In this document: positions 1 through 12,489 of the stretch, in pieces | Layout: each line of letters opens with the position of its first letter | How positions within the stretch are numbered: the stretch's first letter is position 1 | Assembly (NCBI GenBank): GCA_001643675.2 | Contig: LSRY02000008.1 | Span: forward strand, 186,001-250,000 | DNA length: 64,000 nucleotides | Direction of reading: 5' to 3' | Origin: Monocercomonoides exilis PA203 | Taxonomy: Eukaryota; Protista; Preaxostyla | Notes under the pieces: model-generated | What the model saw: only the letters and a program-made list of their open reading frames with translations | Databases searched by the model: none | What the model was told of the DNA's origin: nothing | Position numbers and translations under genes: made by a program

Positions 1-2
1 CT

Positions 3-2282
3 CATGCTAGACCTTTCAGCAACTATCCTGAAGATGCTAAATTAATGGTGAGATGGGAATCTCCAACTGTAACTTTCGAAATGCTTAATGAGGCAATTTC
101 CAGAATTGGCAAAGCATCCATAAAAATGTTCACAGCAAGAAATGGAAACGAAGCCCCTAAATGCGCTTCTGTCTTTATGGAAACATCAGAATTAGCGAAA
201 GAAGTCATAACTCAACTTAACTGGACTGATTTTCATGGAGGAAAGATTTATGTTGGTCGATTTTTTTCCAAAACTGCTCGAGAAGAACATAAGAAAACCG
301 AAAAGCCTGCACCTGCAAGCGAGAATTCATCAAAAACTGTGGCACCTTCAATGGAAACTCAGAGCTCAAATATGGGATCAAATCTTTCTGGGGGTTTTCA
401 ATTTGATCCATTAAAGGTTATGGGAGATATGGGGCTACTGAACAGCATGATGGCGCCTGGACCCGGTTTTGGTGCGATGGGTCAAATGGGTCCATATGGT
501 TCTTTTGGGCCAATGAATTCCATGCCGACGATGGGACCAGGAATGATGGATGATGGAGGGATGATGATGGGTGGTTATGACGAAGCAGACATGATGGGCA
601 GCGGGATGGGAGGTATGGGCATGATGGATGGAATGGGAGGGATGGGAGGGATGGGATATGGAAGAGCAGGAGGGATGATGGGAATGAGAGGCGGAAGGGG
701 AGGGATGGGTGGAATGGGGAGTGGATTAGATGAGCGAGAGATGATGGGGATGGGAGGAATGGGTGGGATGGGAGGAATGGGGATGGGGATGCGCCGTGGT
801 GGAGGAGCAGGTGCAGCAGGGAGGTTTGGGATGCGTGACATGGGAATGGGAACGGGGATGGGGATGGGGATGGGGATGGGAGCAGGAGCAGGAGCAGGAA
901 GAAGAGGAGGAATGGGAGGAATGAGTGGGATGGGAGGAGCGATGGGGCCGATGGTGCGTGGGGGCAGGAAGAGCGGGGCAGGGATGATGGGAGAGGATCG
1001 AATGTGGTATGGCGAAGAGAAAGGGATTGGGGCAGAGGTCGGGGAAGATGATGGAATTGGCATGGGAGAAGGGAGGGTGGGGGCAGAGTATGAGGAAGGT
1101 GGGATGTATGAGGAAGGAGAGGAAGGTGTGGGTGCGATGGCACAGGGGATGGTGCCAGCGATGGCGGGAGGGATGCGCGGGATGGCGCTTGGGAGAGGAA
1201 GAGGAGGGATGATGATGAGAGGGGGAGGAGAAAGAGGAGGAGAAAGAGGAGGAGAAAGAGGAGTTAGTGGGGCAGCAGGGATGCCGATAGGGATGGGAGC
1301 AGCGCGGAGAGGAGGGAGAGGGCTCGGTGTTGGAGCAGGAGCAGGAGCAGGAGCAGGTGTTGGAACAGGAATGGGGCCACAGATGGGGATGGGGATGGGA
1401 ATGGGGATGGGGATGAGTGGAGGCAGTGGAGCAACGAGAGGGATGATGCGGCGCTATGCAGGTCAAGCAATGGGAGGAGCAATGGGCGGAGGGGTGCAGG
1501 CGAAGGAGCTGTATCCAGAAGCTCCTATGCCTCCTCACCAGCGCCATCGCCCGCAGGCACAGGGAATGGGATATGGCTCAATGCCTCGTGCAGCAGGTGG
1601 GATGGCTGCTCCTCCTCAGGGGATTCAGGGGATTCAGGGAGCACCTTCTCCTTCATCAGCCTCCAATTCGTATTCTTCCTATTCTTCTTCTCCTTCTGGT
1701 TCTTCAGAGCCAGTGCCGTTCTATTCACAAGGCAAAGAAATCGACAGGAGAATGCCAAATGCTTCTCGTAGAGGAGCTCCTATTCAACAACAGCAGATGA
1801 ATCCTTCTTCTTCTTCTTCCTCTTCTTCTCCTAATTCATATTCGTCATTTCCACCACCCTCATCTCAAATGAATGCACCCTCAGGAAGTGTTGGAATTAG
1901 CGCAATGCAACCGCCTTCTGGTCAAATGACTGCACAAGATGTGAATGTCACACAAACAGCATCATCATCATCAGCAGAAGGAGGAGGAGGAGAAGGAAAA
2001 GATTCTTCTTCTTCTTCTTCCTCATCTTCCCCTGGTTTCTCTTTATCTCTTCTGGAAGGCAAAGACGAGAAGGACCAGAAAGAAGCGCTGGGGGAGTTTA
2101 TATTTGAGCGGGCGACGCAGCACAATGCGAGTGACCCGGGGAAAGTGACTGGGATGCTGTTAGACATTGACAGGGGCATGTTGCTGTCTATTGTGGTGGA
2201 TGGAGAAGAACTGGACAGGAAGATTATGGAGGCGATGGAGCTGATCAGGAGGGCGGAGGAGAGGAGGAGGCAGATGCAGTAG
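3..2282 (+). CDS. Divergent poly(A)-binding-protein-like protein, 5'-partial: one RRM, long Gly/Met/RGG low-complexity linker, C-terminal MLLE/PABC domain
   Basis: Frame is open from the window edge. The RRM ends in KIYVGRFFSKTAR (PABP-like). The C-terminus QKEALGEFIF...PGKVTGMLLD...ELDRKIMEAMELI matches the MLLE signature KITGMLLE. Confidence 0.8.
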   Translation, partial: HARPFSNYPEDAKLMVRWESPTVTFEMLNEAISRIGKASIKMFTARNGNEAPKCASVFMETSELAKEVITQLNWTDFHGGKIYVGRFFSKTAREEHKKTEKPAPASENSSKTVAPSMETQSSNMGSNLSGGFQFDPLKVMGDMGLLNSMMAPGPGFGAMGQMGPYGSFGPMNSMPTMGPGMMDDGGMMMGGYDEADMMGSGMGGMGMMDGMGGMGGMGYGRAGGMMGMRGGRGGMGGMGSGLDEREMMGMGGMGGMGGMGMGMRRGGGAGAAGRFGMRDMGMGTGMGMGMGMGAGAGAGRRGGMGGMSGMGGAMGPMVRGGRKSGAGMMGEDRMWYGEEKGIGAEVGEDDGIGMGEGRVGAEYEEGGMYEEGEEGVGAMAQGMVPAMAGGMRGMALGRGRGGMMMRGGGERGGERGGERGVSGAAGMPIGMGAARRGGRGLGVGAGAGAGAGVGTGMGPQMGMGMGMGMGMSGGSGATRGMMRRYAGQAMGGAMGGGVQAKELYPEAPMPPHQRHRPQAQGMGYGSMPRAAGGMAAPPQGIQGIQGAPSPSSASNSYSSYSSSPSGSSEPVPFYSQGKEIDRRMPNASRRGAPIQQQQMNPSSSSSSSSPNSYSSFPPPSSQMNAPSGSVGISAMQPPSGQMTAQDVNVTQTASSSSAEGGGGEGKDSSSSSSSSSPGFSLSLLEGKDEKDQKEALGEFIFERATQHNASDPGKVTGMLLDIDRGMLLSIVVDGEELDRKIMEAMELIRRAEERRRQMQ

Positions 2283-3480
2283 AAGAGGAAGAGGGAGGGA
2301 GGGAGGGAGAGGGAGAGAGGGAGAGAAGGAGGAAGAGAAGGAGGAAAAGAAGAAGAAGAAAAATGAAAAAGAAAAAGGAAGAAGAGGAAAAAGGAAAAAG
2401 AAGAAGTAATCATAATTTACAATGAAAAAGGATAAACAAAAAGGAAACTTCAATTTGATGAGGTGTGAAAGAGGGGATTATTTTGATCTGATACAATTTA
2501 TTTTTGAAAGAAATTATTTTTTTTTTCTTTTTTTTATATTTTAAACTATGTGATTTATTTCTTATTTCTTCTTTTGCTTTTATTTTATTTTTTATTGTTT
2601 TTTTTCGTCATAATCAGCTTCTTCATCTTCATTATCAAGTTCTTCACCTTCATCCTCCTCCTCCTCCTCTTCTTCTTGTTCTTTCTCTTCCTCTTTCTCT
2701 TTCTGCCAATTAATCCATCTTCCAATTATTCATCTGCTTTATCAGCCATCGCATCCACGTCACAATTCTTTTTTCTCTCTTTTTATATTTTTGTTTAATT
2801 TTCTTTTTTTCCTTTTCTCCTTTTTTTCTCCTTTTTTTCTCCTTTTTTTCTCCTTTTTTTTCCCTCTTTTTTTCCTTTTTTTATCCTCTAATCCTTTTTG
2901 ACTTTTCTTCTTTTTTTCCCTCTTTTTATCCTCATTTTTCTCTCATGCGTATAAATTCTTCTTCAAAGATTACAAACATTCATTTCTCTTTCTTTCTCTT
3001 TCTTTTTTTTCTTTCTTTTTCTTTCGCTTTCTTTCTCTCTTTCTCTCTTTCTTTCTCTTTCTCTCTTATTAAGTACTGAAATTTCAATGTTTTTGCATCT
3101 GTGAATACGTCTTTGCGTATCTTCTGGCTTTGCTTCACTCACACTCATTTCATCAATAAACAGAATGCTCACTTCTATTTGAATGAATCTTCAATTATTT
3201 AATTTTGTTTTTATTAGGTGTGTTATTAAATGCAAAGGGGATAATTACAAAAAATATTTTGTTTAAAAATACATACACGCACACACTCGCTCACACACGC
3301 TCAAAAGAAAAAAAACAACTTAATTTTTATTGAGATTTTTACAAATTTAATTCTATTTTGAGTTTGACACTGGTTTATTCAAAAATAAAAAGGAGCAAAA
3401 CAGAAAGAAAGAAGTATTTGAGAAGAAGTTGGTGGTGTTAATATGAAATGATCATGCTTGCAAGCCACATTTTTGCTTTA

Positions 3481-3542
<62 letters not shown>

Positions 3543-3948
3543 CTTTCTCTCTTTCTCTCTCTTCCTCTTCCTCTTCCTCTCTTCTTCCTCTCTCTATCAA
3601 TGAAGCTGCAAGCTTTATTAAAGAAATAAACATTACGTGAAGGATGTACAACGATACGAGCGAATGGATAAAACTGAAAAAAGAAAGAAAAACTTAAAAA
3701 AAAAAAGATAAAAATAGATAAAAATTAAGAAAATAAAAACAAAAAATTAAAATTAAAAATAAAATAGCAACTAAGCAAATAACATCTCCAACTTATTTTA
3801 TAATTTTTTTCAATTTTTTATATTAGAAAATTTATATTTCTTTGTTTTTTTTTTCTTTGTCAATTTCTTTCTTTATTTTTTTTCTCAATCTTTTTCATTT
3901 TTTTATATCTTTTTTGCTCATTGAAGTGGAGAATGCAGAAGCCATCCA

Positions 3949-5425
3949 TTATGAATAAGTACTCGACACAGCAGAACGGCGCTTCATTGATGAAGACAGG
4001 AAACTATTTGAAGAAGAAGGAGAAGAAGGAGAAGAGGAAGAAGAATATCCATAGCCAGACGAAGAAAGGCGGGGAGATGAATAATTCGGAGCAGAAAGAA
4101 GAGCTTGATTGGACTTCTGGATCATTTCCTGCTTTTGCTGTGAACGCCGCTGCTTCAGCTGCTCGTGGTATCTTTTGTCGAGGCTGAGGAATTTGTGTGT
4201 GAGAGTGTGTGGTGTGAGTGAAAGAGAGAGAGAAAGAGAAAGAGAAAGAGAGTTAAAGAGGAAAAAAAGAAAGAGAGAAGGACAATTGTAAAAATAAATT
4301 TGTGCAGAAAGAAATGATTATCAATGGAAAAATGAAAAGAAAGAAAAGAAAGAAAAAAGTAACAAAATAAAAATGAAAAGGAAGAAGAGGCGATTGAAAA
4401 GGTTAAATAAACAAAAAAGAAATAAAAACGAGTATATATATGTTACCAGCTTTTTATAGGAAACATTCTTTTATCTAAATTTGATGAAAAAATTCCAATA
4501 TTTTTTTTTTTTCATTTCCCCTCAGTCATCATACATTGCTTCTTCATCCGTTTTCCTCATTGTTTCGTCTTTTCTTTGTCTTTCTATCCGCTTAATCAAT
4601 CCGTTGAGTTCTTTCTTCTGCTCTTCGCGCAAAGCGTCAAGCCTTCGCTTTTTCCTACTCTGCAAATCGCGCTCATATCGATCTCTCTCAACTTGAAGCT
4701 GATTTTTTTGTTTATTTGAAAAAAAACAAAAAACATTTGAAATTCAAACATATGTTATCAATAAAACATAACGTTGTAAGATGCAAACCATTGAATCCGC
4801 AGCAAGTTTAGCTCGTTGTGCTTCTTGAAATCGCCTCATTCTTGCAAAATCCTTTTCTGTTGCCCTGAGAGTAACAAGTTCCATTGACTCCTTAAATGGA
4901 GGGCATTCCCTTGCTTCAAACTGTTCTTCCACTTCTTTTATTTGATTTGCATGCAGCTCCTATTGTTATTAACATTTTTTGTTTTGCGTTTTATTTTAAA
5001 TTTGAATTTTGAAGAAGATATGGAATCGAAATAATAAAAGAAGCAGTAAAAGCAACTCAAAATGTTAAAAAAAAACACTTTTATCACACTTTCATTGTGT
5101 CCAACTGTTCCTGTGACTCTTTTTCGAATTGTGAAATTTTTTCTGACCATTCTTGTTCGAGAGAAGCTTTCATCACCTCAAAACGATGTCCAAGCTCTTC
5201 TATTTCCGCTTTATGCTGTTGCGCTAACTCTATCTTCTCTAACTCTAACAACTGCTTCTCCATTTTCATTAGTTCTCGATTATGCCGTTCTGCTTCTTCA
5301 TAACGTGATTCATCTGCAAGCTGATCAACCATTGCTGTCTTTTCTTTGATTTGCTCACGCAGAGTTTCAATTTTAGAGGATTTTTGTTCGACATTACCAC
5401 TTTCTTTTTCCTTTGGTTCTTCCAT
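3949..5425 (-). CDS. Four-exon coiled-coil hypothetical protein
   Basis: ATG at 5425; exon 1 is 5425-5090. Further GT-AG introns join ELHANQIKEVEEQF..., LQVERDRYERD... and LDKRYHEQLKQRR... in frame to a TAA at 3949-3951. The protein is E/K/Q/R-rich and helical. Confidence 0.7.
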
Positions 5426-5850
5426 CAAATATTATAATGGTTATCATTTAAACAAAACAATTTTTCATTCACTCTTCTTTTCATTTAACTTTGTCCAAAG
5501 TGTTTTCAGAAATTTATTAATTTATTTTCATAAGTTTAAAACAAAATATCTTTTTTTAGTTTTCACATAATCAAAAATAATCTAGATTTTTGATTATTAA
5601 TTTATCAATTCATTTTTTCCAAAAGCAAAATTAAGAAAATTCGAAAAATATCTGTATTTTTTATGTCAGCAATAATAAAAGAAGTGATAAATCCACAACA
5701 ATCCTCAAATAAACTGAACAAAAAATTAATCAAAAATAATTGAATACCATTACTTTAATCTTTAACATATTTTTATTTCATTTTTTAAAATAAAGAGAGA
5801 AAAAGAAGGAGGAGGGGAGAAGTAGAAGAGAATTTTATGATGAAGTGGCA

Positions 5851-5912
5851 AGAGAAGAAGAAGAAGAAGAAGAAGAAGAAGAAGAAGAAGAAGAAGAAGA
5901 AGAAGAAGAAGA
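5851..5912. repeat. (GAA)n microsatellite
   Basis: Pure GAA run of about 20 units. Its lead-in GATGAAGTGGCAAGAGAAGAAG recurs near 6043. Confidence 0.9.
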
Positions 5913-6242
5913 ATTTTGTTTGTGGCTGAAAGGGAAGTAATGATGAAGGAAATGAAAATGATGAGAGGAAGAATAGAAAGTGAATTCAGACAGGAAAAGA
6001 GAGAGAGAAAGAGAGAAAGGGAAAGAAGAAGAAGAAGTGAACGATGAAGTGGCAAGAGAAGAAGAAGAAGAAGATTGTATGTAAATATTAAATCCTTCAG
6101 CCAACTCATATAATACTCCCCCTCCTTCTTTCTTTCTTTCTCTCTTTCTCTTTCTCTTTCTCTTTCTCTCTTTCTATCTTTCTCTCTCTCTCTCTCTCAT
6201 TCTCTCTCATTCTCTCATTCTTTCATTCTCTCTCATTCTCTC

Positions 6243-6274
<32 letters not shown>

Positions 6275-6279
<5 letters not shown>

Positions 6280-9007
6280 CAGCAGGCTCCAGCAAGTTCT
6301 CCAGCCGCATCTGGCAGAACGGACACACCCCAACTTCTTCACTCCACTCGCTTCCACACTCCCTGTGAAACGAATGCCCACAATGAAACACCTTTGCGCT
6401 GGATGGCTCCAATGAATTGTGGCAGATTCCACACACGTCTGGCACAGCCACATTGTACAGAAGGGTCGGATGCATCTTGATGTTCTCCTTCGGCACTGCT
6501 TCGATCAACAGATGGATGTATTTGCCATTCACTTCTCCCTCTGGCACGCCTTCGAATGGAGTGAAACCTTCCTCTTCTGCCTCCTTCCACGGCTGGTGCG
6601 TCACCGTCCCGTCCTTCTTCACCGACGACACCCGCCAGCAGCACGAGACACAGCCCAGGCGCAGTTCATCGATCCTCTCCAGACAGCAAGGGCAGAAAGC
6701 GCCACTCTCAGCAAGATCGTACTGCCGCATGCCCCACCGGCAGATCACTCTCTGCCCACACCCGGGGCACCCTTCGTTGTGGCACGTGCCTTCGATGCAG
6801 ACACCACGCTCCTTCAGACGCCACAGCTGCGCCGCACTGCTCGCTGCCTGCTCCACAAGCACACCAGACGCTGTCACATCCACATACGCAAGATCACTCT
6901 CACTCATGTTGCTCATCTCACTCATCCCATTTGTACATCTCATCCCACTCGTTCTGCTTCTTTCACTGCCTTCATTTCTTTCATTCCTTTCTCTCCTTTC
7001 ACTCCATCCACATCTGCTTACAGACACCAGATACACCATTGATCCTGGCCCCACCCCAACATCCTTCAGCACGTGTGTGTCCTTCAGCAGCCTTCCTTCA
7101 AACATCATCCTCATCTGACTCACCTCCACTCCTTTCGCTTCTGCTCTCACTTTCTCTTTCACTTCCCTAACTGTCTCTGTCCCATTCACTTCCACTTCCA
7201 CTTCCACTTCCATCTCCTTCTCTATTCCCTTCTCCTTCCCTTCCTCCTTCTCCTCCTTCTCCTCCTTCTCCTTCTCTTTCTCCTTCTCTTTCTCCTTCTC
7301 CTTCTCCTTCTCCTTCTCCTTCTCCTTCTCCTTCTCCTTCTCCTCCTCATTTGCCATCCTTCCATTGATAATCTTCACACGCATCCCAAACCAGCCCTTC
7401 TTCCTCATCAGCAGCTGTATCATCTCCCCCTCTCCTATCCCACACTCCCTCAGCTCCACCTCGTCTGCCAGCTCCTTCTCTCTCCACACAATCTGCTGCT
7501 GCTCCACCAGAATCCCTTCCTTCTCAGCCACTTTCTCCTTCACATCCTTCACACGTGCCACTGCCATGTCCATCTCAAGCCGCAGCGTCTGCCCGCTGCT
7601 CGTCTTCACCAGCACCTCCCTTTTCACCCCTGTTTGCGCTCTCACCACAAAATAGATGAACGAATTCTTCCCAATCCCAGCGCTCGAGACAGTGGCTGAA
7701 TCGTCCAAGTCTTTGCCTTTGAAGACCAGACGCTGCAGCGCAGAGGGCGTGCCGTCTTTCTCACTCACTTTCCCTTTCAGCTCCCTCACAGTTGTATGCG
7801 GACACACATCGATTTTGTAGTTCTTTCCTGTCATCGCTTTCACAATGACACTGAAAATGCTGCTTTCCTTCTTCTGCGCATTGAGTGTGACTTCGCTCTT
7901 CAAGCTGAATGAAGAAATTGGCTTTTCGTCCTCCATCGGCTTCCCATCCATTGCGAGTTCAATCTCATCTGCGCTGATTCCCATTGAAGGTGCTAGCTTC
8001 TCTTTTATTTCTGCCACTTTCATTGTACCTTCAGCTTCAATGCAAACATTCTTTCCTGCTGCATACTCAATTTTCAATGTATATGTTTTTAATCGTTCTT
8101 CGTATTCTTGGCATGTTGATTTGACAATTGAAGGTTGTGAGCTCGAGGAAGGACAAATAGAAGAAGAAGTTGAGGAAGAGGAAGAGGAAGAGGAAGAGGA
8201 AGAGGAAGAGGAAGATGAAGAAGAAAAAAAAAGGAATGGAAGAGATCCATGTGCAGGAGAACACGCTGGAGAAATATGTTGATAAATGCAACATGACATC
8301 CCGCTTTGTCCACAGTAAGTCAGCTTAGAAACTAGCTTTTCCTCGATACTTTCCTGAAGCTCGAAATGTCCACTTTTCCATTTCCCAACAAATTTGGAGC
8401 CCATTTCTGATACAAGTGTCATTTGCCCCGAATAAATTTGTAAATCCTCAAATATGCGCATGGCTAAATACGCAACATCCATATGCGGCTTAACATTTTC
8501 AACAACAATTATTTTTCCTTTTGCTTCTTTTGTGCAAACAGTCACACGAACAGCAAATGGTTCAACGCAATGTAACCCTGAAGAAAAAATTTCTCCAGCA
8601 TGTGACAAATGACTTTCTGTGTCCAACATAACGGAAGCACCAGCATTTGAATGTTTTTGCTTGATAAGAAAAATAGGCTCTTGAGATGACTATCATTGAA
8701 TAAATCCATTCAAAATGTTTTTCTTTTAAAAAAAGGAATTAAATTGAATTATTAATATTACCTGATTAATGTTGAAAACTTTGGCATTATCACAAATTTT
8801 CCTTTGCTTTTGAGAAAAGCATAAATCTCTTTCATCCATATCATATTTATCAGCAAATCCTCTTTTTACCCCTTTCATCAAATCATTAGAATTTAGTAGT
8901 AGTGTAATATTTTCTCCTTTGAACGTGCAAAATCGAAATAATCTACTCAAATTTGACATTTTTCGTTTATCTCTTTTTTCGATTCCCATAACTTTATCAA
9001 AAAACAT
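6275..9007 (-). CDS. Multi-ubiquitin-like-domain protein with a Cys-rich domain and C-terminal RING-H2 finger (putative E3 ligase)
   Basis: Exon 1 (9007-8762) and exon 2 (8689-6275) are joined by a phase-0 GT-AG intron at 8761-8690. Four clear Ubl units (e.g. TTVRELKGKVSEKDGTPSALQRLVFKGKDLDD) plus two divergent N-terminal ones. RING-H2 is CGIC...CGHSFHREC...CPFC. Confidence 0.85.
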
Positions 9008-9169
9008 TGATTCATAACGAATATCATTTTAAGCAATTAACAACCTGAATAATTTTCATTATGATAAAAAAAGAACAGCTTTTTTATTTTTGTTGAAGGT
9101 TGATGAATGAATAGTTTATTTGAACAAGGATATTTGTAAGTTTGATAAATATCAAAAAAGGAAAAAAAG

Positions 9170-9206
<37 letters not shown>

Positions 9207-9480
9207 TGTTTTTCTACAATATAGCTGAAAAATCCTTCAATTGTTATCCCAATCTTCATTTTAAAACTTCCAATCTTAATTGAAAAGAATTTTTAATAGC
9301 CTTTGACTCTGAGAAAAAAAGAACAAATAAAGAAAATTTCTATTATACCATAAGGATATAAATTTGCTTCATTTATCTTTTTCGTTCTAATCACTGGAAA
9401 TTCCTTGTTGCGGAGAGTGTTGGGAACTTTCCTTGTAAAAGCCACATTTTGCGCAATTGCTTTTAATTAAACTGAGTGAA

Positions 9481-11244
9481 ATGCAAGACGCTGAATCAGA
9501 AACATCCGAAGAAGATGTGTTTGTGACTGACTACGAAAAGACATCAGACACCGAGCTCACTGATGCGCTGAGCCCGGACGATGATTATCTGTTATGTGTG
9601 CTTTTGCTGATTTTTGGGTGTTTCAAGGGCTTTCATTTTTGAATGATTCTGAAAGACGAGATTCGCGAAGCATCGGACAGCATGGACCGTGACAGCTGGT
9701 GTACGCTGATCGGCCAGATGAAAAACATATACAGGATGATAAAGGGAAGCCGATTCAAATTTTGGAGCGAAGAAAGTTCAGAAGATGTGTTTAATGAAAT
9801 GATATTTCAGCACCAACCTCTGGGCAAAAAGAAGTCTGTTATAGCGGCAAAGGTGTTGGCACTATTTTGCTCGAGGATGGAAGAGGCAATGCACCAAGGG
9901 AAGTTTGAGCTTTATCCAGAAAATAAGGAAGAATTTGCATGTCGTTTGATGAGACTGAGGACTGATAAGGATGCGCCCAGGGAGATGAACTATTATGACT
10001 CGATGGCGTTGGCATTTGTGCGAAGAGCAGAAGAGCTGGCGGACGATGTCTTGTCGCTGATTGTGCCAGACCTGATTGCTGTTGTTGGGGTGGGGCGAGA
10101 CGAGCTGATGGAGGATGCTGGGGCTCGGGCGATGCTGGGGCTGAAATGCCTGATGGAAAACGAATGTTTGCCTTTGGCTTTTGTTTGCTTTGCGTTTATT
10201 TGTCGAAACGATGCTTTTGTCTTTTTTGCTGCTTGTGCGACTGGACTGCCCGAATGAATTGGTTGCGGTGCTGAATGTGGAAATGCGGGAATGGTGTGAT
10301 GGACTGGGACGGGAGCAGCAAATGCACAGCGAATGAAGAAATACGAGGTGGAGAAGCTTCTCCCGTCTGCGCTGCAGAATGCAAAGGGGGCGTTTGTGGG
10401 AGCTGGGCTGGAGCTGGTGGGCGTGCTTTTGAAGAACAAAATGGTTGGGGTTGGGGGAGCGATGGGGCAGCTGGAGGAGATGTTTGAGAAAGGAGAGTTT
10501 TTTGAGAAGAAAGTTTTCAAAAGAAAGAAAAAGAAGGTGAGGCGTGTGAAGAAGTGGATGTTGGAGGAGGAGGAAGAAGAGAAGGAGGAAGGGCATGCGC
10601 TCAAAAGAAGCGATGTGAGGGACCGAATTGTGGGAAAGCTGGTGGAGATGGCAGAGGGCTTCTTGCACACGCGGCCGGGCAACGGTCAGGCAGACAGAGC
10701 AGGTTCCAAAGAAGATGAGCTGAGCTTCATCCGCTTTATGGAGGAAACGAAGGTGTCAGAGCATTTTGCACGCATCCTGTTTTCGAACCAGCTGAAGATG
10801 GAAACAAAATGCGATGTTGCACATTTTCTGGCACGCTGTGTCTTGCGCTGTCCCTTGGAGCAGCTGGGCGTGACGAAAGCGCTCCATGTTCGATGTGAAG
10901 GCGATGCTTCTTGTTCAATGAGTCCAGCCAGTGGTGCATTGGGCTGCTGTCCTTTTTTTGAGATCTTGCTGGTGCTCCTGGCTGAACTGCTGGACCGCAA
11001 TGACATTGCAGATTTTGTTGCTGCTGCACCGCTTGAATTGATTGGGAACATTTGCTTTTTGGAGCTCATGAAGAAGCAAACAGAGAAGGATGCAGGAAAA
11101 AAGAAGAGGCTTGCCATTGTGGAGATGGTGAAAAGAGCAGAAGAGGAAGGGATGGCTGACGGAGCACTGTCGCTGGTGCATTCGAAGTGCAGGGAAGATC
11201 GGATGAAGGCGCTGACCTTGCACAGGCTGCTGGGCTGCTTTTGA
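9481..11244 (+). CDS. Three-exon helical (ARM/HEAT-like) hypothetical protein
   Basis: Introns at 9596-9655 and 10183-10329 (GT-AG) join the ORF-track segments in frame. The C-terminal EEEG motif resembles that of the pseudogene at 28.1-29.0 kb. Confidence 0.65.
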
Positions 11245-11580
11245 CTTTTTTTTGTTGTTTTGAGCAGCATTTGAGCCAATGCTTTTCTTTTGATTTGCCT
11301 TCATGTTGCACTTTTCACTTTTAATTTCTTTTATTTTCTTTTTTTTATTTCTTTCCTTCAAACAAAAGAGAAATCTTTAGAGTCGAGCACAAACGCTGTG
11401 TTTGCTGTTGCCTTTGTGAAGAAAAAGCAATTCAAAAAAGAAAAGCCGCACATTTGGCACAAACAAACAATTCGATTTCTCAAAGTGCATTTTGACATAA
11501 AACTTGCTTTCAGCCATGTATCGCAGCGGTGCTTGGCGAGTGCAGTGAGCAGTTGGCAGGCAAAACAACTGCACCTCCAA

Positions 11581-12173
11581 TCAGCCCTTGCTAGGCTCCT
11601 CCTTATCCTTCGAATCATCCTCGCCTGCTCTGGCCTCCGCTGGAATCTCGTCAAGCATCTTGAAAAACGCCTCTTCTATTTCTGCAAGCTCCGACTCGTC
11701 TATGTCCCCCTCCTCGTCTTCTGTGCTTTTCTCTGCGGGGGACTCTCTGCAAAGAAGCTCGTTCTCGCCGTTTGGCCGTTCTGGGCTGATTCTGCTCGAA
11801 AACAGCGGAGACGAACAATCTCCAGCTGCGCTGGCTGATGCTGATGTCTCCAAATGTGGCAAGTCTTCGCCACAAATGTCTGCGGAAGAAATGGTGGTAT
11901 TGGCTGTTTTTCTGTCGCAGGCATCATTTGCATCCAAAAGCGTGTAATTCTCAAACAGCTCGCTGTTCGGTCGATTCTCAAAGAGGAGGCTCGGGCCAAT
12001 AAGACAGAAGTCGCATGTCCGGCCTTTTGATGCACAACAAAAAATGTGGCACATTGTGTCCAACGCAAAAAAATAAAAAATTCAAAATAAAAAGTCAAAA
12101 GTGCTGAACGGCAGAACAAAAATCAACTACCTCTGATGCACTCCTGCTCTGTAAGTGTAATCCATCTGTCCAT
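11581..12173 (-). CDS. Small acidic two-exon hypothetical protein
   Basis: ATG at 12173; a phase-1 intron at 12130-12024 gives MDRWITLTEQECIR-G-RTCDFCLIG..., ending at TGA 11581. Confidence 0.6.
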
Positions 12174-12489
12174 TAACGGAGGGAAGTGAAGCTAAACTAA
12201 GGAAAAAAAAGATAAAAAAGGGAAAAATCGGAAGAGCAATAATTTAATAAAGGTTTCCATGGAAAACAATAAAAAGGAATAATTCGCAGGACAAATAAAT
12301 GCAAATGTCACACAATGAAGCAACAAACGCATCAACACCAAAAAAGCAAAAAGAAATGAAAAATAACAAGCTCAATCAGAATGCACAAACAGCAAAAGAA
12401 TCATTTTGTCGAACAATCACTTGAGCCAAAAGCTCACCACGAAGCAGGTGAAGCGAGTCCTTCAGTGGAGACGAATTCCTGCATGTGCT

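Noticed and set aside
418-1547. Pro/His-rich antisense ORFs (also those overlapping the genes at 6.3-8.3, 9.8-17.3, 36.4-38.5 and 49.4-50.6 kb)
   Set aside because: These are shadow frames of low-complexity or GC-rich coding sequence.
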